Positions 1 through 9,595 of a DNA stretch of 64,000 nucleotides are shown here, piece after piece. Below the pieces are notes generated by a model. It did no database searches and was not told the origin of the DNA. It saw only the letters and a program-made list of their open reading frames with translations. The translations under genes were made by a program, and so were the position numbers. How positions within the stretch are numbered: the stretch's first letter is position 1; every line of letters starts with the position of its first letter. Source of the stretch: an archaeon (GTDB lineage Archaea > Nanobdellota > Nanobdellia > Pacearchaeales > GW2011-AR1); NCBI GenBank assembly GCA_018697295.1, contig JABHTJ010000004.1, forward strand, positions 1,159-65,158. The letters are read 5' to 3'.

Positions 1-2261
1 TTTTTACTGCGCGTTCAATTTATTATCGGAAGAAAAAAGGTTTTGAAGATATTGTTGGCATTGCTGCGATTGTTCAGAAAATGATTAATTCGGATAAATC
101 TGGTGTTATGTTTTCGAAGAATCCAGTTACTAATGAGGATACTATTCTTATCGAGGCTGTTTTTGGGCAAGGAGAGGGAATTGTTTCCGGGAAGATAAAG
201 CCTGATCAGTATATTGTTAATGAAGATTTAGAAATAATTGATGAAAAAATTGCCGATAAGAAAATTGCGATTGTGAGGAATGCTGGCGGGCAAACTATTA
301 CGAAGCAATTAACTCCTGAAAAATCTAATGATCGAGTTCTCAAGACCTATGAAATTAAACAGTTGGCTGAAACTGCGTTGAAATTAGAGGCTCACTATAA
401 TGTTGCTCAAGATATTGAATTTGCTGTCGAGGATGGAGAAATTTATATTTTACAAACTCGGCCGATAACGACGCTGAAAAAAGGAAAGACTGAAGATCGT
501 GCCGAATTAACGGGGCAAGTTTTAACTCAAGGTATGGCTGCGTCTCCAGGGGTTGGTTCTGGGGTTGTTAAACTTGTGAATTCTATGGATGACTTGAAAA
601 AAATAAAGGAAGGAGATATTCTTGTTACAAAGATGACGAATCCTGATATGGTTGTCTCTATGCAAAAGGCTGCTGGGATTTTGACGTCGGAAGGAGGAGT
701 TACTGCTCATGCGGCTATAGTGTCAAGAGAAATGGGAATTCCTGCGATTGTTGGCGCTCAAGATGCGCTTGATATTTTAAAAGATGGAGATGAAATTACA
801 ATTGATGGGTTCTCTGGAAAAGTGTTCGCAGGAATTGCACAAAATAAAAAAGTTGAAATTTTGCCTGTAGTGGATACGAAGACGAAGATTAAAGTTTTGG
901 TTGATTTGCCCGAGTTTGCCGAGAGAGCTGCGAAAACAAAATGCGATGGTGTTGGATTGATTCGGCTTGAAGGATTAATTGCATCTGGTGGAAAACATCC
1001 CTTAGCATATGAAAAAGAGAATACCTTGGGGGAATATAAAAAAATGCTTCAGAAAGGACTTTTGAAAATTGCGGATACATTTGTTGGAAAACCTTTATGG
1101 GTTAGAAGTTCAGATATTCGAAGTGACGAGTATTCCAATTTAGAAGGTGCGCCCTCTGAAATTGAAAAAAATCCTATGCTTGGAAATCATGGTATTCGAT
1201 TTTCATTGAAACATCCAAAGATTTTTGAAGCAGAACTTTTAGCAGTTAAGGAATTAGCGGAGAAAGGGCATAAGTTTGGGATCATGTTTCCTCAAGTAAT
1301 TTCTACTGAAGAAGTTATTGCAACAAAAGAAATTTGGAAAAAATTAGATATGTCTAGTGTTGAATTTGGTGTGATGATTGAAACTCCTGCGGCTTCTATT
1401 TTGATTAAAGATATTTGTGAACAAGGAATTGATTTCATTTCTTTTGGAACTAATGATTTGACTCAGTATACTCTCGCGATTGATCGCGGAAATGAAGATG
1501 TTCAATATCTTTTTAATGAAATGAATTGGGCAGTTCTCAAACAAATTTCTCGAGTTATTCGTGAATGTAAAAAGCATGGTGTGAAGACCTCTATTTGTGG
1601 ACAGGCTGGTTCGAAAAAAGAAATGGTTGAGTTTTTGGTGAAGCAAGGAATAGATTCTATTTCTGTTAACGCTGATGTTGCAAAAGAAATTTCTGAACTC
1701 ATTCGAGATTTAGAAAATGGTGGTGGGATTGGGAAGCCAAAAGCAGTTGAGAGAACTATTGAAAAAATTGATGATAAGCAGCCTATTGCTCAAGAAATTC
1801 ATTTGCAGGAAACAATTGATAAGGGACAGTCTGAGAGTGAAAAGAATCCGGAGCCAGAAGTTACAGATTTACTAAAGGAAAAAGCTGAAGAGAATGAAGT
1901 TGTGGATAAAGATTTGGGAGATGAAGCTGATGATGTTGAGTTAGAAGATTTGGGTGAAGAGGAAGGTGATGGTGAAAGCGAGGATGAAGTTGTTGAGGAA
2001 GGATATACTGTTGCTTTGGAGAAGGGAGAAGATTATGAGGCTCATGATAAGGTTGAGAGAGAATTAGATTTGAAGGAAGAAATTGAAGAACATTCTATGA
2101 AACTTGACACTGGCGACGATGATTTGGAAGAGTTAGAAGATAGTGAAGACGATGACGAGGGTGCTGGAGACAGGGAAGAGAGTGATGACGATTTGGAGGA
2201 GTTAGAGGATGATGAAAGTGATGGGGATGACGAGATGAAGAAAGAAGATATTTTTAGTTAG
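1..2261 (+). CDS. ppsA: Phosphoenolpyruvate synthase (PEP-utilising enzyme), 5' end cut by window edge, with long acidic C-terminal tail
   Basis: Frame is open from nt 3, upstream of the listed ATG (FTARSIYYRKKKGFEDIVGIAAIVQKM...), so the gene starts outside the window. Phosphohistidine swivel motif GGVTAHAAIVSREMGIPAIVG. C-terminal PEP-binding barrel motifs DGVGLIRLE, FISFGTNDLTQY, ICGQAG. Confidence 0.9.
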   Translation, partial: FTARSIYYRKKKGFEDIVGIAAIVQKMINSDKSGVMFSKNPVTNEDTILIEAVFGQGEGIVSGKIKPDQYIVNEDLEIIDEKIADKKIAIVRNAGGQTITKQLTPEKSNDRVLKTYEIKQLAETALKLEAHYNVAQDIEFAVEDGEIYILQTRPITTLKKGKTEDRAELTGQVLTQGMAASPGVGSGVVKLVNSMDDLKKIKEGDILVTKMTNPDMVVSMQKAAGILTSEGGVTAHAAIVSREMGIPAIVGAQDALDILKDGDEITIDGFSGKVFAGIAQNKKVEILPVVDTKTKIKVLVDLPEFAERAAKTKCDGVGLIRLEGLIASGGKHPLAYEKENTLGEYKKMLQKGLLKIADTFVGKPLWVRSSDIRSDEYSNLEGAPSEIEKNPMLGNHGIRFSLKHPKIFEAELLAVKELAEKGHKFGIMFPQVISTEEVIATKEIWKKLDMSSVEFGVMIETPAASILIKDICEQGIDFISFGTNDLTQYTLAIDRGNEDVQYLFNEMNWAVLKQISRVIRECKKHGVKTSICGQAGSKKEMVEFLVKQGIDSISVNADVAKEISELIRDLENGGGIGKPKAVERTIEKIDDKQPIAQEIHLQETIDKGQSESEKNPEPEVTDLLKEKAEENEVVDKDLGDEADDVELEDLGEEEGDGESEDEVVEEGYTVALEKGEDYEAHDKVERELDLKEEIEEHSMKLDTGDDDLEELEDSEDDDEGAGDREESDDDLEELEDDESDGDDEMKKEDIFS

Positions 2262-2268
2262 GCAATAT

Positions 2269-2835
2269 TTAGTAATTATAAATCAAGCTCATTAAGCCAA
2301 TAGATCCTACGACCAATCCTGCAGCTATAGATTTCTTTATTTTTGGAGATCTATCCTTAATAAGGTGAGGGTAAATTTTTCTATCGCAAGTTTCTATTCC
2401 TGTGAGGTCTCTGCCAATATCTATTGCAGATCCTAAGAAATAACTATTGGCACCTGCAACAGCTATTCCGAGCCCAGTTCCGACTGCAAGAGTTTCTAAA
2501 TCCCGTTCTCCAGAAGAGTAATAAAGTGCCGGTAAAAATGCCCCATTAAATGCTGCCGTATAAAGAATATCGTGTGCAGCTTGGAGTTTTTCCTTGGATC
2601 TATCGGATATTTTAAACTTTTTTCTCCATACATCTCTTCCCTTGCTAAATGCGAAACCTAATCCCGCATAGGTAATACTGGCACCAAGATATTTGGCATT
2701 CATCGAAATATCTGCTTCCATTCCTGCCAATTTTGTTTCATAGGCTGCAAAAAATGGAAACGATTCAGCCATAATCGTTGTTGAGTCAACTACATGATTT
2801 CTCAATCCTTCATATATTCTTTTTGCCTTACCCAT
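2269..2835 (-). CDS. Hypothetical small membrane protein
   Basis: 188-aa ORF with several hydrophobic segments (ITYAGLGFAF, LAVGTGLGIAVAGANSYFLGSAI, AAGLVVGSIGLMSLI). Only a weak resemblance to AlaE-type exporters; function not assigned. Confidence 0.55.
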   Translation of the reverse strand: MGKAKRIYEGLRNHVVDSTTIMAESFPFFAAYETKLAGMEADISMNAKYLGASITYAGLGFAFSKGRDVWRKKFKISDRSKEKLQAAHDILYTAAFNGAFLPALYYSSGERDLETLAVGTGLGIAVAGANSYFLGSAIDIGRDLTGIETCDRKIYPHLIKDRSPKIKKSIAAGLVVGSIGLMSLIYNY

Positions 2836-2942
2836 AAGTGAGTAATTTATTGGGGTTACTTAAAGATTTGTACTCTGTTACCTCTTTATAGTTAAGTCAT
2901 ATTTGGCAATAAAAATATTAAAATTTAATGAATTTTTTTAAA

Positions 2943-5513
2943 TTAATCCTCTTCAACAACTTCGTCAATTATTTCTTCTCGTGGAACTCTGATAAGGTCA
3001 GTTACTTTATCTGTGTCTTGTAATTTGATTACTCTAACTCCTTGAGTTGCTCGTCCCATTACTCGAATGTTTTTGAGTGGAGTTCTGATTACAATTCCTT
3101 TGTGAGTCATTACAATAATATTGTCGATGTTTGTTACTGATTGTGATTTTACGACGTTTCCTGTTTTATCAGTTACTTTCATATTGATTACTCCTTTTCC
3201 TGCACGTCCTGTTAATCGGTAATCTTCTATCTCCGTTCGTTTTCCATATCCTTTGTTTGTAATCGTTAGAACTGAGGATTCTTTTGAATTTTGGAGTGGT
3301 AAAACTTCTAATGAGACTACTTTGTCGTCTTTGTTTAATTTGATTCCCGTAACTCCGTACGAACCTCGTCCCATTGCTCTTACTTCATCACTATTGAATC
3401 TAATCGCCTGACCTTTTTTCGTAACCAATAATATCTCTTGTGATGCTTTGACGGGTTTTACTTCGATTAAAGTGTCTTCGGTTTCAACAACTTTGATTGC
3501 TTTAATTCCACCTTTTCTTGGATTTGCAAATTGAGATAGTTCTATTTTTTTAACAACACCTTTTTTCGTTGCCATCATTAAATAATCTTTGAATTCATTA
3601 ACTGCTAAGACTGAAGTTACTTTTTCATCTTTTAATGCGAGTAAGTTAATTATTGCTTTTCCTTTTGAGCTTTTTGCGCTTGACGGAATTTCATACGCTT
3701 TTAGCCAATGGACTTTTCCCTTGTCTGTGAAGAAGAGCATAAAGTCATGTGTGGAACAAGTAAGAAGATCTTTTACAAAATCTTCTGAAGTTAATTCTGA
3801 GCCTATAACTCCCTTTCCTCCTCGACGCTGTTCTTTATACTGCTTTAGGTCAATTCGTTTGATGTAACCTTTTTCAGTTATTGTAACTACTACTTGTTTT
3901 TTATCAACCATATCTTTTTCTTCGAATTCTTTAACTGATCCAACAATTTTTGTTCGCCTATTATCTCCATATTTTTCTTTTAATTCGGATAAATCTCTCT
4001 TGATAATCTTGATAATCTCCTTTTCATCTCCCAAGATTTTGTTTAGTTTTTCTATTAATGTTGTTAGGTCGGCTTCTTCTTTTTTGAGTTTTTCAAATTC
4101 TAGGGAAGTAATTTGATGCAATCTCATATCAAGAATTGCTTCTGTTTGTTTATCTGTTAAATTATATTTTGTCTTTAGGCCGTTTGCAGCGTCGGTTTTT
4201 GATTTTGCTGCCCTGATTAGCCTTACTACTTCATCAATATTTGATTGTGCGATAAGAAGACCTTCGACGATATGAAGTCGTTTTTCTGCTTTTGCTAAAT
4301 CGAATTCTTTTGTTTTTCGAATAACGCCTTGTCGATGCTTGACGTATACCTTCACATATTCTCTTAATGTTAGAAGTTTTGGAACACGATTTACCAAAGC
4401 TAGCATATTAGCATTAAAACTTGTTCGAAGTTGAGTATTTTTATACATTCTATTAAGTGTAAATCTAGGATCACTTTCTTTTTTTAGCTCAATTACAACT
4501 CTAACTTTTCCTTTTGTCGATTCATCACGAAGATCGGCAACATCAGGTAATTTTTTGTCACGAGAAAGCATTGCAATTTGTTCGACTAGGTTTGCCTTAT
4601 TTACTTGGTATGGGACTTCGGTGATTACGATTTTTGTTTTATCTTTTGTTCTTTTTGGCTCTTCAATAATTGCTTTCCCTTCCAAGATTAATCTTCCCTT
4701 ACCTTCAGTATAAATTTGTTTTATTTCACCACTTACAGTTCCTCCTGTTGGGAAGTCTGGAGCTTTTATTGCGCTGATAAGTTCATTATCTTCGCATTCT
4801 GGATTGTCCAGATATACCGAAATTGCATCGCATACATTTCCTAAATTGTGAGGGGGAATGTTTGTTGCCATTCCAACTGCGATTCCACTTCCACCATTAA
4901 GAAATAGGTTTGGAATTTTTCCTGGCATGACAACTGGTTCTTGTAAACTATTATCAAAATTATTTACCATATCTACAGTTTTTTTATCAATATCTTGTAG
5001 AAGTTCATCAGAGATTTTTTCCATTTTTGCTTCGGTATACCTTGATGCTGCTGCATTATCTCCGTCCATTGAACCGAAATTTCCTTGGCCGATTACTAAG
5101 GGATATCTAAGTGAAAAATCTTGAGCCATTCGAACCATAGAATCGTAAATTGCCATATCTCCATGTGGATGGTATTTACCCATTGTGTCACCAACAATTC
5201 TTGCGGATTTTTTTGTTTGTTTATTGTGGTGAATTCCCATTTCATTCATTGCCCATAAAATTCTTCGGTGAACTGGTTTTAATCCATCTTCTGCCGAGGG
5301 TAGAGCTCGTGCAACAATAACTGACATTGCATAATTTAGATATGCTTCACGCATCTCACTTGAGATTTCAGCATCAATTAATTCTTTTGCCTTGACACTT
5401 TCCTTTATTTTTTCTCGTTCTTCTTGGAACTTTGCAGATTCCTCTGATGCTGCATCCATGTTCTCAATATCTTGAATATCTTCGTTTGAAACTACTTCTC
5501 CTTCTGGATTCAT
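2943..5513 (-). CDS. gyrA: DNA gyrase subunit A
   Basis: 856 aa. Motifs AMSVIVARALPSAEDGLKPVHRRILWAM, YHPHGD, catalytic-Tyr region AASRYTEAKM, repeated C-terminal beta-pinwheel-like segments. Start overlaps the upstream ORF stop (ATGA). Confidence 0.97.
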   Translation of the reverse strand: MNPEGEVVSNEDIQDIENMDAASEESAKFQEEREKIKESVKAKELIDAEISSEMREAYLNYAMSVIVARALPSAEDGLKPVHRRILWAMNEMGIHHNKQTKKSARIVGDTMGKYHPHGDMAIYDSMVRMAQDFSLRYPLVIGQGNFGSMDGDNAAASRYTEAKMEKISDELLQDIDKKTVDMVNNFDNSLQEPVVMPGKIPNLFLNGGSGIAVGMATNIPPHNLGNVCDAISVYLDNPECEDNELISAIKAPDFPTGGTVSGEIKQIYTEGKGRLILEGKAIIEEPKRTKDKTKIVITEVPYQVNKANLVEQIAMLSRDKKLPDVADLRDESTKGKVRVVIELKKESDPRFTLNRMYKNTQLRTSFNANMLALVNRVPKLLTLREYVKVYVKHRQGVIRKTKEFDLAKAEKRLHIVEGLLIAQSNIDEVVRLIRAAKSKTDAANGLKTKYNLTDKQTEAILDMRLHQITSLEFEKLKKEEADLTTLIEKLNKILGDEKEIIKIIKRDLSELKEKYGDNRRTKIVGSVKEFEEKDMVDKKQVVVTITEKGYIKRIDLKQYKEQRRGGKGVIGSELTSEDFVKDLLTCSTHDFMLFFTDKGKVHWLKAYEIPSSAKSSKGKAIINLLALKDEKVTSVLAVNEFKDYLMMATKKGVVKKIELSQFANPRKGGIKAIKVVETEDTLIEVKPVKASQEILLVTKKGQAIRFNSDEVRAMGRGSYGVTGIKLNKDDKVVSLEVLPLQNSKESSVLTITNKGYGKRTEIEDYRLTGRAGKGVINMKVTDKTGNVVKSQSVTNIDNIIVMTHKGIVIRTPLKNIRVMGRATQGVRVIKLQDTDKVTDLIRVPREEIIDEVVEED

Positions 5514-5755
5514 TTTTTAGACCTCACTTTTTTAGTTGATTTTTTTATAATTTTCTCTTTTTTATTTATTGCAGCTTTTTTGAGTGTTTTTTTATCGATT
5601 GTTAAGACTGGAAAGCTTGGCATTTCGAATTTACATTTTTTACATCTCATTTTTGGAGACATTCCAAGCCAACTACTAAGTCCAAAAACATATCCTACTT
5701 CAAAAGATTTACATTTTGGACAGAATTTAACTTTTATTTTTTCTTGTTTTGCCAT
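5510..5755 (-). CDS. Small zinc-ribbon protein with Lys-rich tail, translationally coupled between gyrB and gyrA
   Basis: 81 aa. CPKC...CKKC four-Cys ribbon and basic tail KKAAINKKEKIIKKSTKKVRSKK. Start overlaps the gyrB stop (TAATG); stop overlaps the gyrA start (ATGA). Confidence 0.6.
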   Translation of the reverse strand: MAKQEKIKVKFCPKCKSFEVGYVFGLSSWLGMSPKMRCKKCKFEMPSFPVLTIDKKTLKKAAINKKEKIIKKSTKKVRSKK

Positions 5756-7659
5756 TATAAATCGACCTCCGCTTTATCTGCGTTTTCTTCGATGAATTGT
5801 CGTCGTGGAGCTACTGCGTCTCCCATTAGAAGTGAGAATGTTTCATCTGCTTCAACTGCGTCTTCAATAGAGATTTGTTTCATTCTTCTTTTCTTTGGAT
5901 TCATTGTCGTATTCCATAATTGCTCATCATTCATTTCACCAAGACCTTTGAACCGACTTACTTCGCCTTTTCCACCAAGTTCTTCCATTTTTTTCTTTAA
6001 CTCTTCTCCAGAATATACGTAGTGATCTTTATTTCCCTTTTTTATTTTAAAGAATGGTGCGACGGCAACAAAAATATGTCCTGCTTCGATTAATTGGGGA
6101 GTATACCGATATAATAATGTTAAAAGTAATGCTTTAATATGTTGTCCATCGACATCAGCATCTGTCATAATAATGATTTTATTATATCGTAATTTTGCTA
6201 TGTCAAAACTCTCTCCAACTCCTGTTCCCATAGCAGTAATTAGATTAGAAATTTGTTCACTCCCTAGCGCTCTTGCCTGATTTGATTTTTCAACGTTTAG
6301 GACTTTTCCTCGAAGCGGTAAAATTGCTTGTGTTTCTCTATCTCGTCCACCTTTTGCGGTTCCACCTGCAGAATCACCCTCGACAACATAGAGTTCGGTT
6401 AATTCTTTTTTTCGACTTGAACAATCTGCTAATTTTCCTGGAAGTCCACTTCCAACACCGAGTGCATTTTTTCTACGTACCAGATCTTTTGCTTTTTTTG
6501 CTGCTTCTCGAGCCTTTAATGCTGCAGTTGCTTTATTTAAAATTGACTTTGCAACACTTGGATTTTCTTCGAAAAAATCTGATAGTGCTGAAGTGGCCAT
6601 TGAATCGACAGTTCCTTTGATGTCTCCGTTTCCTAGTTTTGTTTTTGTTTGACCTTCAAACTGCGGATCCTGCATTTTAATTGAAATTACGGCAGTAATT
6701 CCTTCTCGTGCATCATCTCCAGTTAACTTTTGACCTTTTTTCAAAATTCCTTTCTTTGTTCCGTAATCGTTGATAACTCGCGTTAATGCTGATTTTAATC
6801 CCGCAACGTGAGTTCCACCTTCGATCGTATTAATTGTATTTACAAATCCTTGAATATTTTCATTGTAGGATTCACTATATTGGATTGCGACTTCAGCGAT
6901 GGTGTTTCCGTCTTCTCTTTTGAAATAAATTGGTTTTGTGTGTATTACTTTTCTTGTTTTATTAAGCCAGCTAACAAATTCTGATAATCCGCCGGCATAG
7001 TGATATGTTTCAGATTTAACTTTATCTCCTCTCTCATCGGTGAAAATAATTTTTAATCCTGCATTTAAGAAACATGTTTCTCGAAACCTAGTTCCGAGGG
7101 TTTTAAAATCAAAATCGACAACAGTAAAAATATCGTTGTCAGGTAAAAATGTGACTTTTGTTCCATGTTCTCCTTTTGGTGCCGTTCCAATAACTTTCAT
7201 ATCTGCTTTAGGTATTCCGATGCCGTAACTTTGTGAATAAATTTTTCCTTCTTTTTTTACATCTACAGTCATATCTTTTGAAAGTGCTGAAACAACTGAA
7301 ATTCCTACTCCATGAAGGCCTCCACTTACAGCATAAGCTTTGTTGTCAAATTTTCCCCCGGCGTGAAGTTTTGTAACAATTATCTCCATTGCTGGTCTCT
7401 TGTATACGGGATGTGGATCTACGGGCATTCCTCTTCCATCATCTTCAACCGTAACTGAACCTTCTTTATTTATTGTAATCTTAATTATACTCCCAACTCC
7501 GGCCATATGTTCGTCTACAGAATTATCAACTACTTCGTATACCAGGTGATGAAGTCCGTATTTGTCGGTCGAGCCAATATACATTCCCGGTCGTTTTCTG
7601 ACCGCTTCAAGACCTTCAAGAACTGTAATGTCCTTTGCCGAGTAGTTTTCGTTTGTCAT
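5755..7659 (-). CDS. gyrB: DNA gyrase subunit B
   Basis: 634 aa. GHKL ATPase motifs (VDNSVDEHMAG, DDGRGMPV, GGLHGVG), Toprim motifs (VEGDSAGG, PLRGKVLNVE, DADVDGQHI). Confidence 0.97.
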   Translation of the reverse strand: MTNENYSAKDITVLEGLEAVRKRPGMYIGSTDKYGLHHLVYEVVDNSVDEHMAGVGSIIKITINKEGSVTVEDDGRGMPVDPHPVYKRPAMEIIVTKLHAGGKFDNKAYAVSGGLHGVGISVVSALSKDMTVDVKKEGKIYSQSYGIGIPKADMKVIGTAPKGEHGTKVTFLPDNDIFTVVDFDFKTLGTRFRETCFLNAGLKIIFTDERGDKVKSETYHYAGGLSEFVSWLNKTRKVIHTKPIYFKREDGNTIAEVAIQYSESYNENIQGFVNTINTIEGGTHVAGLKSALTRVINDYGTKKGILKKGQKLTGDDAREGITAVISIKMQDPQFEGQTKTKLGNGDIKGTVDSMATSALSDFFEENPSVAKSILNKATAALKAREAAKKAKDLVRRKNALGVGSGLPGKLADCSSRKKELTELYVVEGDSAGGTAKGGRDRETQAILPLRGKVLNVEKSNQARALGSEQISNLITAMGTGVGESFDIAKLRYNKIIIMTDADVDGQHIKALLLTLLYRYTPQLIEAGHIFVAVAPFFKIKKGNKDHYVYSGEELKKKMEELGGKGEVSRFKGLGEMNDEQLWNTTMNPKKRRMKQISIEDAVEADETFSLLMGDAVAPRRQFIEENADKAEVDL

Positions 7660-7803
7660 AATGTTATCACGTCCTATGGTAAAAAAACACCTTTAGTATA
7701 TAAACATTTGTGTCAGAAATTTGAAATTTGTCGTCGGTAAATTGATTTTTTAGAAAAGATTGCCCTCTAGATAATGATTTTTTCTTTTTTTAGAAATGGA
7801 GAT

Positions 7804-8079
7804 TTATTCTTTCTTTTTCTTGGTTTTTCTGGCCAATTTTGCTTCTTCTTCAGCTTTTTTTGCTTCTAATTTTAACTTATATGATGCTTCTTTTTTTGTT
7901 TTTTCAGCTTTTACAACAACTGATTTTCTAATCCATTTTACTTTTTTATTTAGTCTTCCCATTTCAGAATTTTTTCTACATTTGGAACTGCAATAATATC
8001 TAACACTACTATCTTTTTGGACGACTGTTGTTCCTTTTGGGAATTCATAATTACTTTTGCAAAATGAGCAGACTACCAT
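7804..8079 (-). CDS. rpl24e: 50S ribosomal protein L24e
   Basis: MVVCSFCKSNYEFPKGTTVVQKDSSVRYYCSSKCRKN zinc-ribbon N-terminus typical of L24e, Lys-rich tail. Lies in the L7Ae-S28e-L24e cluster. Confidence 0.9.
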   Translation of the reverse strand: MVVCSFCKSNYEFPKGTTVVQKDSSVRYYCSSKCRKNSEMGRLNKKVKWIRKSVVVKAEKTKKEASYKLKLEAKKAEEEAKLARKTKKKKE

Positions 8080-8348
8080 GCTATTGGTGCCTCTTCAAAA
8101 TTAGTTTTGTTAATGGGCGTATAGGCTGTTCCGATTACTGCAGGAATGTTATTTGAATTATAGATGTGAGGGTATTGAGTTTCTGTGCCATTTCCTCTTA
8201 ATTCTTGAAGTGTTCCAAAATATTTAAGACTTGTATTAGCCCCTGTTCTTTGAGAACTTCCTCTCTGAGAACTTCTTAAAGAATCTTGGCTGTCTGCCCT
8301 AATTCTTCCACGATTTACTCTTCCAAAGTTCGGATTATCTTTTGCCAT
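8073..8348 (-). CDS. Hypothetical low-complexity protein inserted between S28e and L24e genes
   Basis: ORF trimmed to the internal ATG (MAKDNPNFGRV...) that follows the S28e stop. Overlaps the L24e start by 7 nt. No recognisable domain; Ser/Arg/Gln/Asn-rich. Confidence 0.35.
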   Translation of the reverse strand: MAKDNPNFGRVNRGRIRADSQDSLRSSQRGSSQRTGANTSLKYFGTLQELRGNGTETQYPHIYNSNNIPAVIGTAYTPINKTNFEEAPIAW

Positions 8349-8349
8349 A

Positions 8350-8652
8350 TTAATTTGAAGACCTCCGAGCGCCTTTTTTGAAAACTCTTCTGGCTTCAAT
8401 TTCTGTTTCTCTAAGCATTAAAACATCTCGCTCTTTGATTGGTCCTCGAACATTTCGTCTCATAGATTTTCCTCGGTTTTTCCCTTGAAGAATTTTACAA
8501 CGAACTTGGATTATTTCCCCTCTTGTTCCGGTTCTTGCAAGAACTGCTTCTACAATTGCAGGAACTGCACCTTCTGAGGTTAATGATTCTGATCCTTTTG
8601 ACGCGCCAGATTTTTTCTGTTGCGGTTTTTCTTGTTTTTTATCTTTTGCCAT
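8350..8652 (-). CDS. rps28e: 30S ribosomal protein S28e (with N-terminal Lys/Ser-rich extension)
   Basis: Core AIVEAVLARTGTRGEIIQVRCKILQGKNRGKSMRRNVRGPIKERDVLMLRETEIEARR matches the S28e fold signature. Confidence 0.9.
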   Translation of the reverse strand: MAKDKKQEKPQQKKSGASKGSESLTSEGAVPAIVEAVLARTGTRGEIIQVRCKILQGKNRGKSMRRNVRGPIKERDVLMLRETEIEARRVFKKGARRSSN

Positions 8653-8698
8653 AGTAATTATGCTTAAACATCCTATTTATTTCTTGTGAAATAATTGA

Positions 8699-8986
8699 TT
8701 AGTTGAGTTTTGCTTCACCGAGATTGGTGATTGCAACTGCTGCTGTTGGACGGTTAATGTTTACAGAAATTCCGAGTTTTTCTCGAGAATCTACTTCTTC
8801 AAACGGAATGTTTTTCTCTTTACAAAGAATGCTTAAGTGTTGTGTGAGTTCTTTTGGGTCAACGTCTGTCGCAACTGCAACAAACAATGCCACTCCTCTC
8901 TCAACTGCTTTCGTAACTTCGTTCACGCCTTTGTCAACTTTCCCGGTCTTTGCCGCTTTCTCAACGATATCATATGTGGATGCCAT
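8699..8986 (-). CDS. rpl7ae: 50S ribosomal protein L7Ae (kink-turn binding)
   Basis: KGVNEVTKAVERGVALFVAVATDVDPKELTQHLSILCKEKNIPFEEVDSREKLG matches the L7Ae/L30e family. Position is upstream of S28e-L24e. Short at 95 aa. Confidence 0.85.
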   Translation of the reverse strand: MASTYDIVEKAAKTGKVDKGVNEVTKAVERGVALFVAVATDVDPKELTQHLSILCKEKNIPFEEVDSREKLGISVNINRPTAAVAITNLGEAKLN

Positions 8987-9092
8987 GTTTTTGTGTGTAA
9001 TTTAGTTCCAAGAAAAACAACCTCAAGGATTACCCTTCATTGGTATATTTTTAGTGGAATTTTGGTTTATAAAACTTGTGGCGAGAAAATTC

Positions 9093-9533
9093 TTATTTTA
9101 ATTTATTAAAAAGTCCTGTTCTAATCCCGTACCACGTATGAATTGTTCTTGTGATTATTAATGCGAGGAGATAAGCTGCGATGAATGAGCCTGCCCTGTA
9201 GAATCCAAGATGCATAAGAATAAATTGGAAAGATCCTGCGAGAGCGTAATATAATATTGAGAGGACGATGCGGTGGCTTTGGATGAGTGCGAAATCCATT
9301 GCGATGACTTTTTTTGAATGACTTTTGTGGACGAGCCAATGAAAGAATGCGAATAATGAAAAGTCAAGAATTGCGTCTGCTCCTATCGAGAAGAGTACGA
9401 TTTGGAATAAATTATTCGTGAAGAATTTTGTTAGATGGACTGGATATGCAGCTAGGAGAGTTGAGAAGAAAGCTGCCAGAATTATATTTACATTGATGTT
9501 GACGATTCGTTTGTTTTTGTAATGGTTGAACAT
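9093..9533 (-). CDS. Hypothetical integral membrane protein
   Basis: 146 aa with about four hydrophobic helices. No family recognised. Confidence 0.55.
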   Translation of the reverse strand: MFNHYKNKRIVNINVNIILAAFFSTLLAAYPVHLTKFFTNNLFQIVLFSIGADAILDFSLFAFFHWLVHKSHSKKVIAMDFALIQSHRIVLSILYYALAGSFQFILMHLGFYRAGSFIAAYLLALIITRTIHTWYGIRTGLFNKLK

Positions 9534-9595
9534 TTTTGGATAAAGATTGATTGCTTTAAAAGATTTTTTGAAACTGTGTTGACAAAACTATAAAA

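Noticed and set aside
3589-7228. Multiple 60-115-aa ORFs inside gyrA and gyrB on the opposite strand or in other frames
   Set aside because: They are shadow ORFs within strongly supported conserved genes. The same applies to the shadow ORFs inside ppsA, the thermosome gene, D1, thrS, the KaiC-like gene and others.
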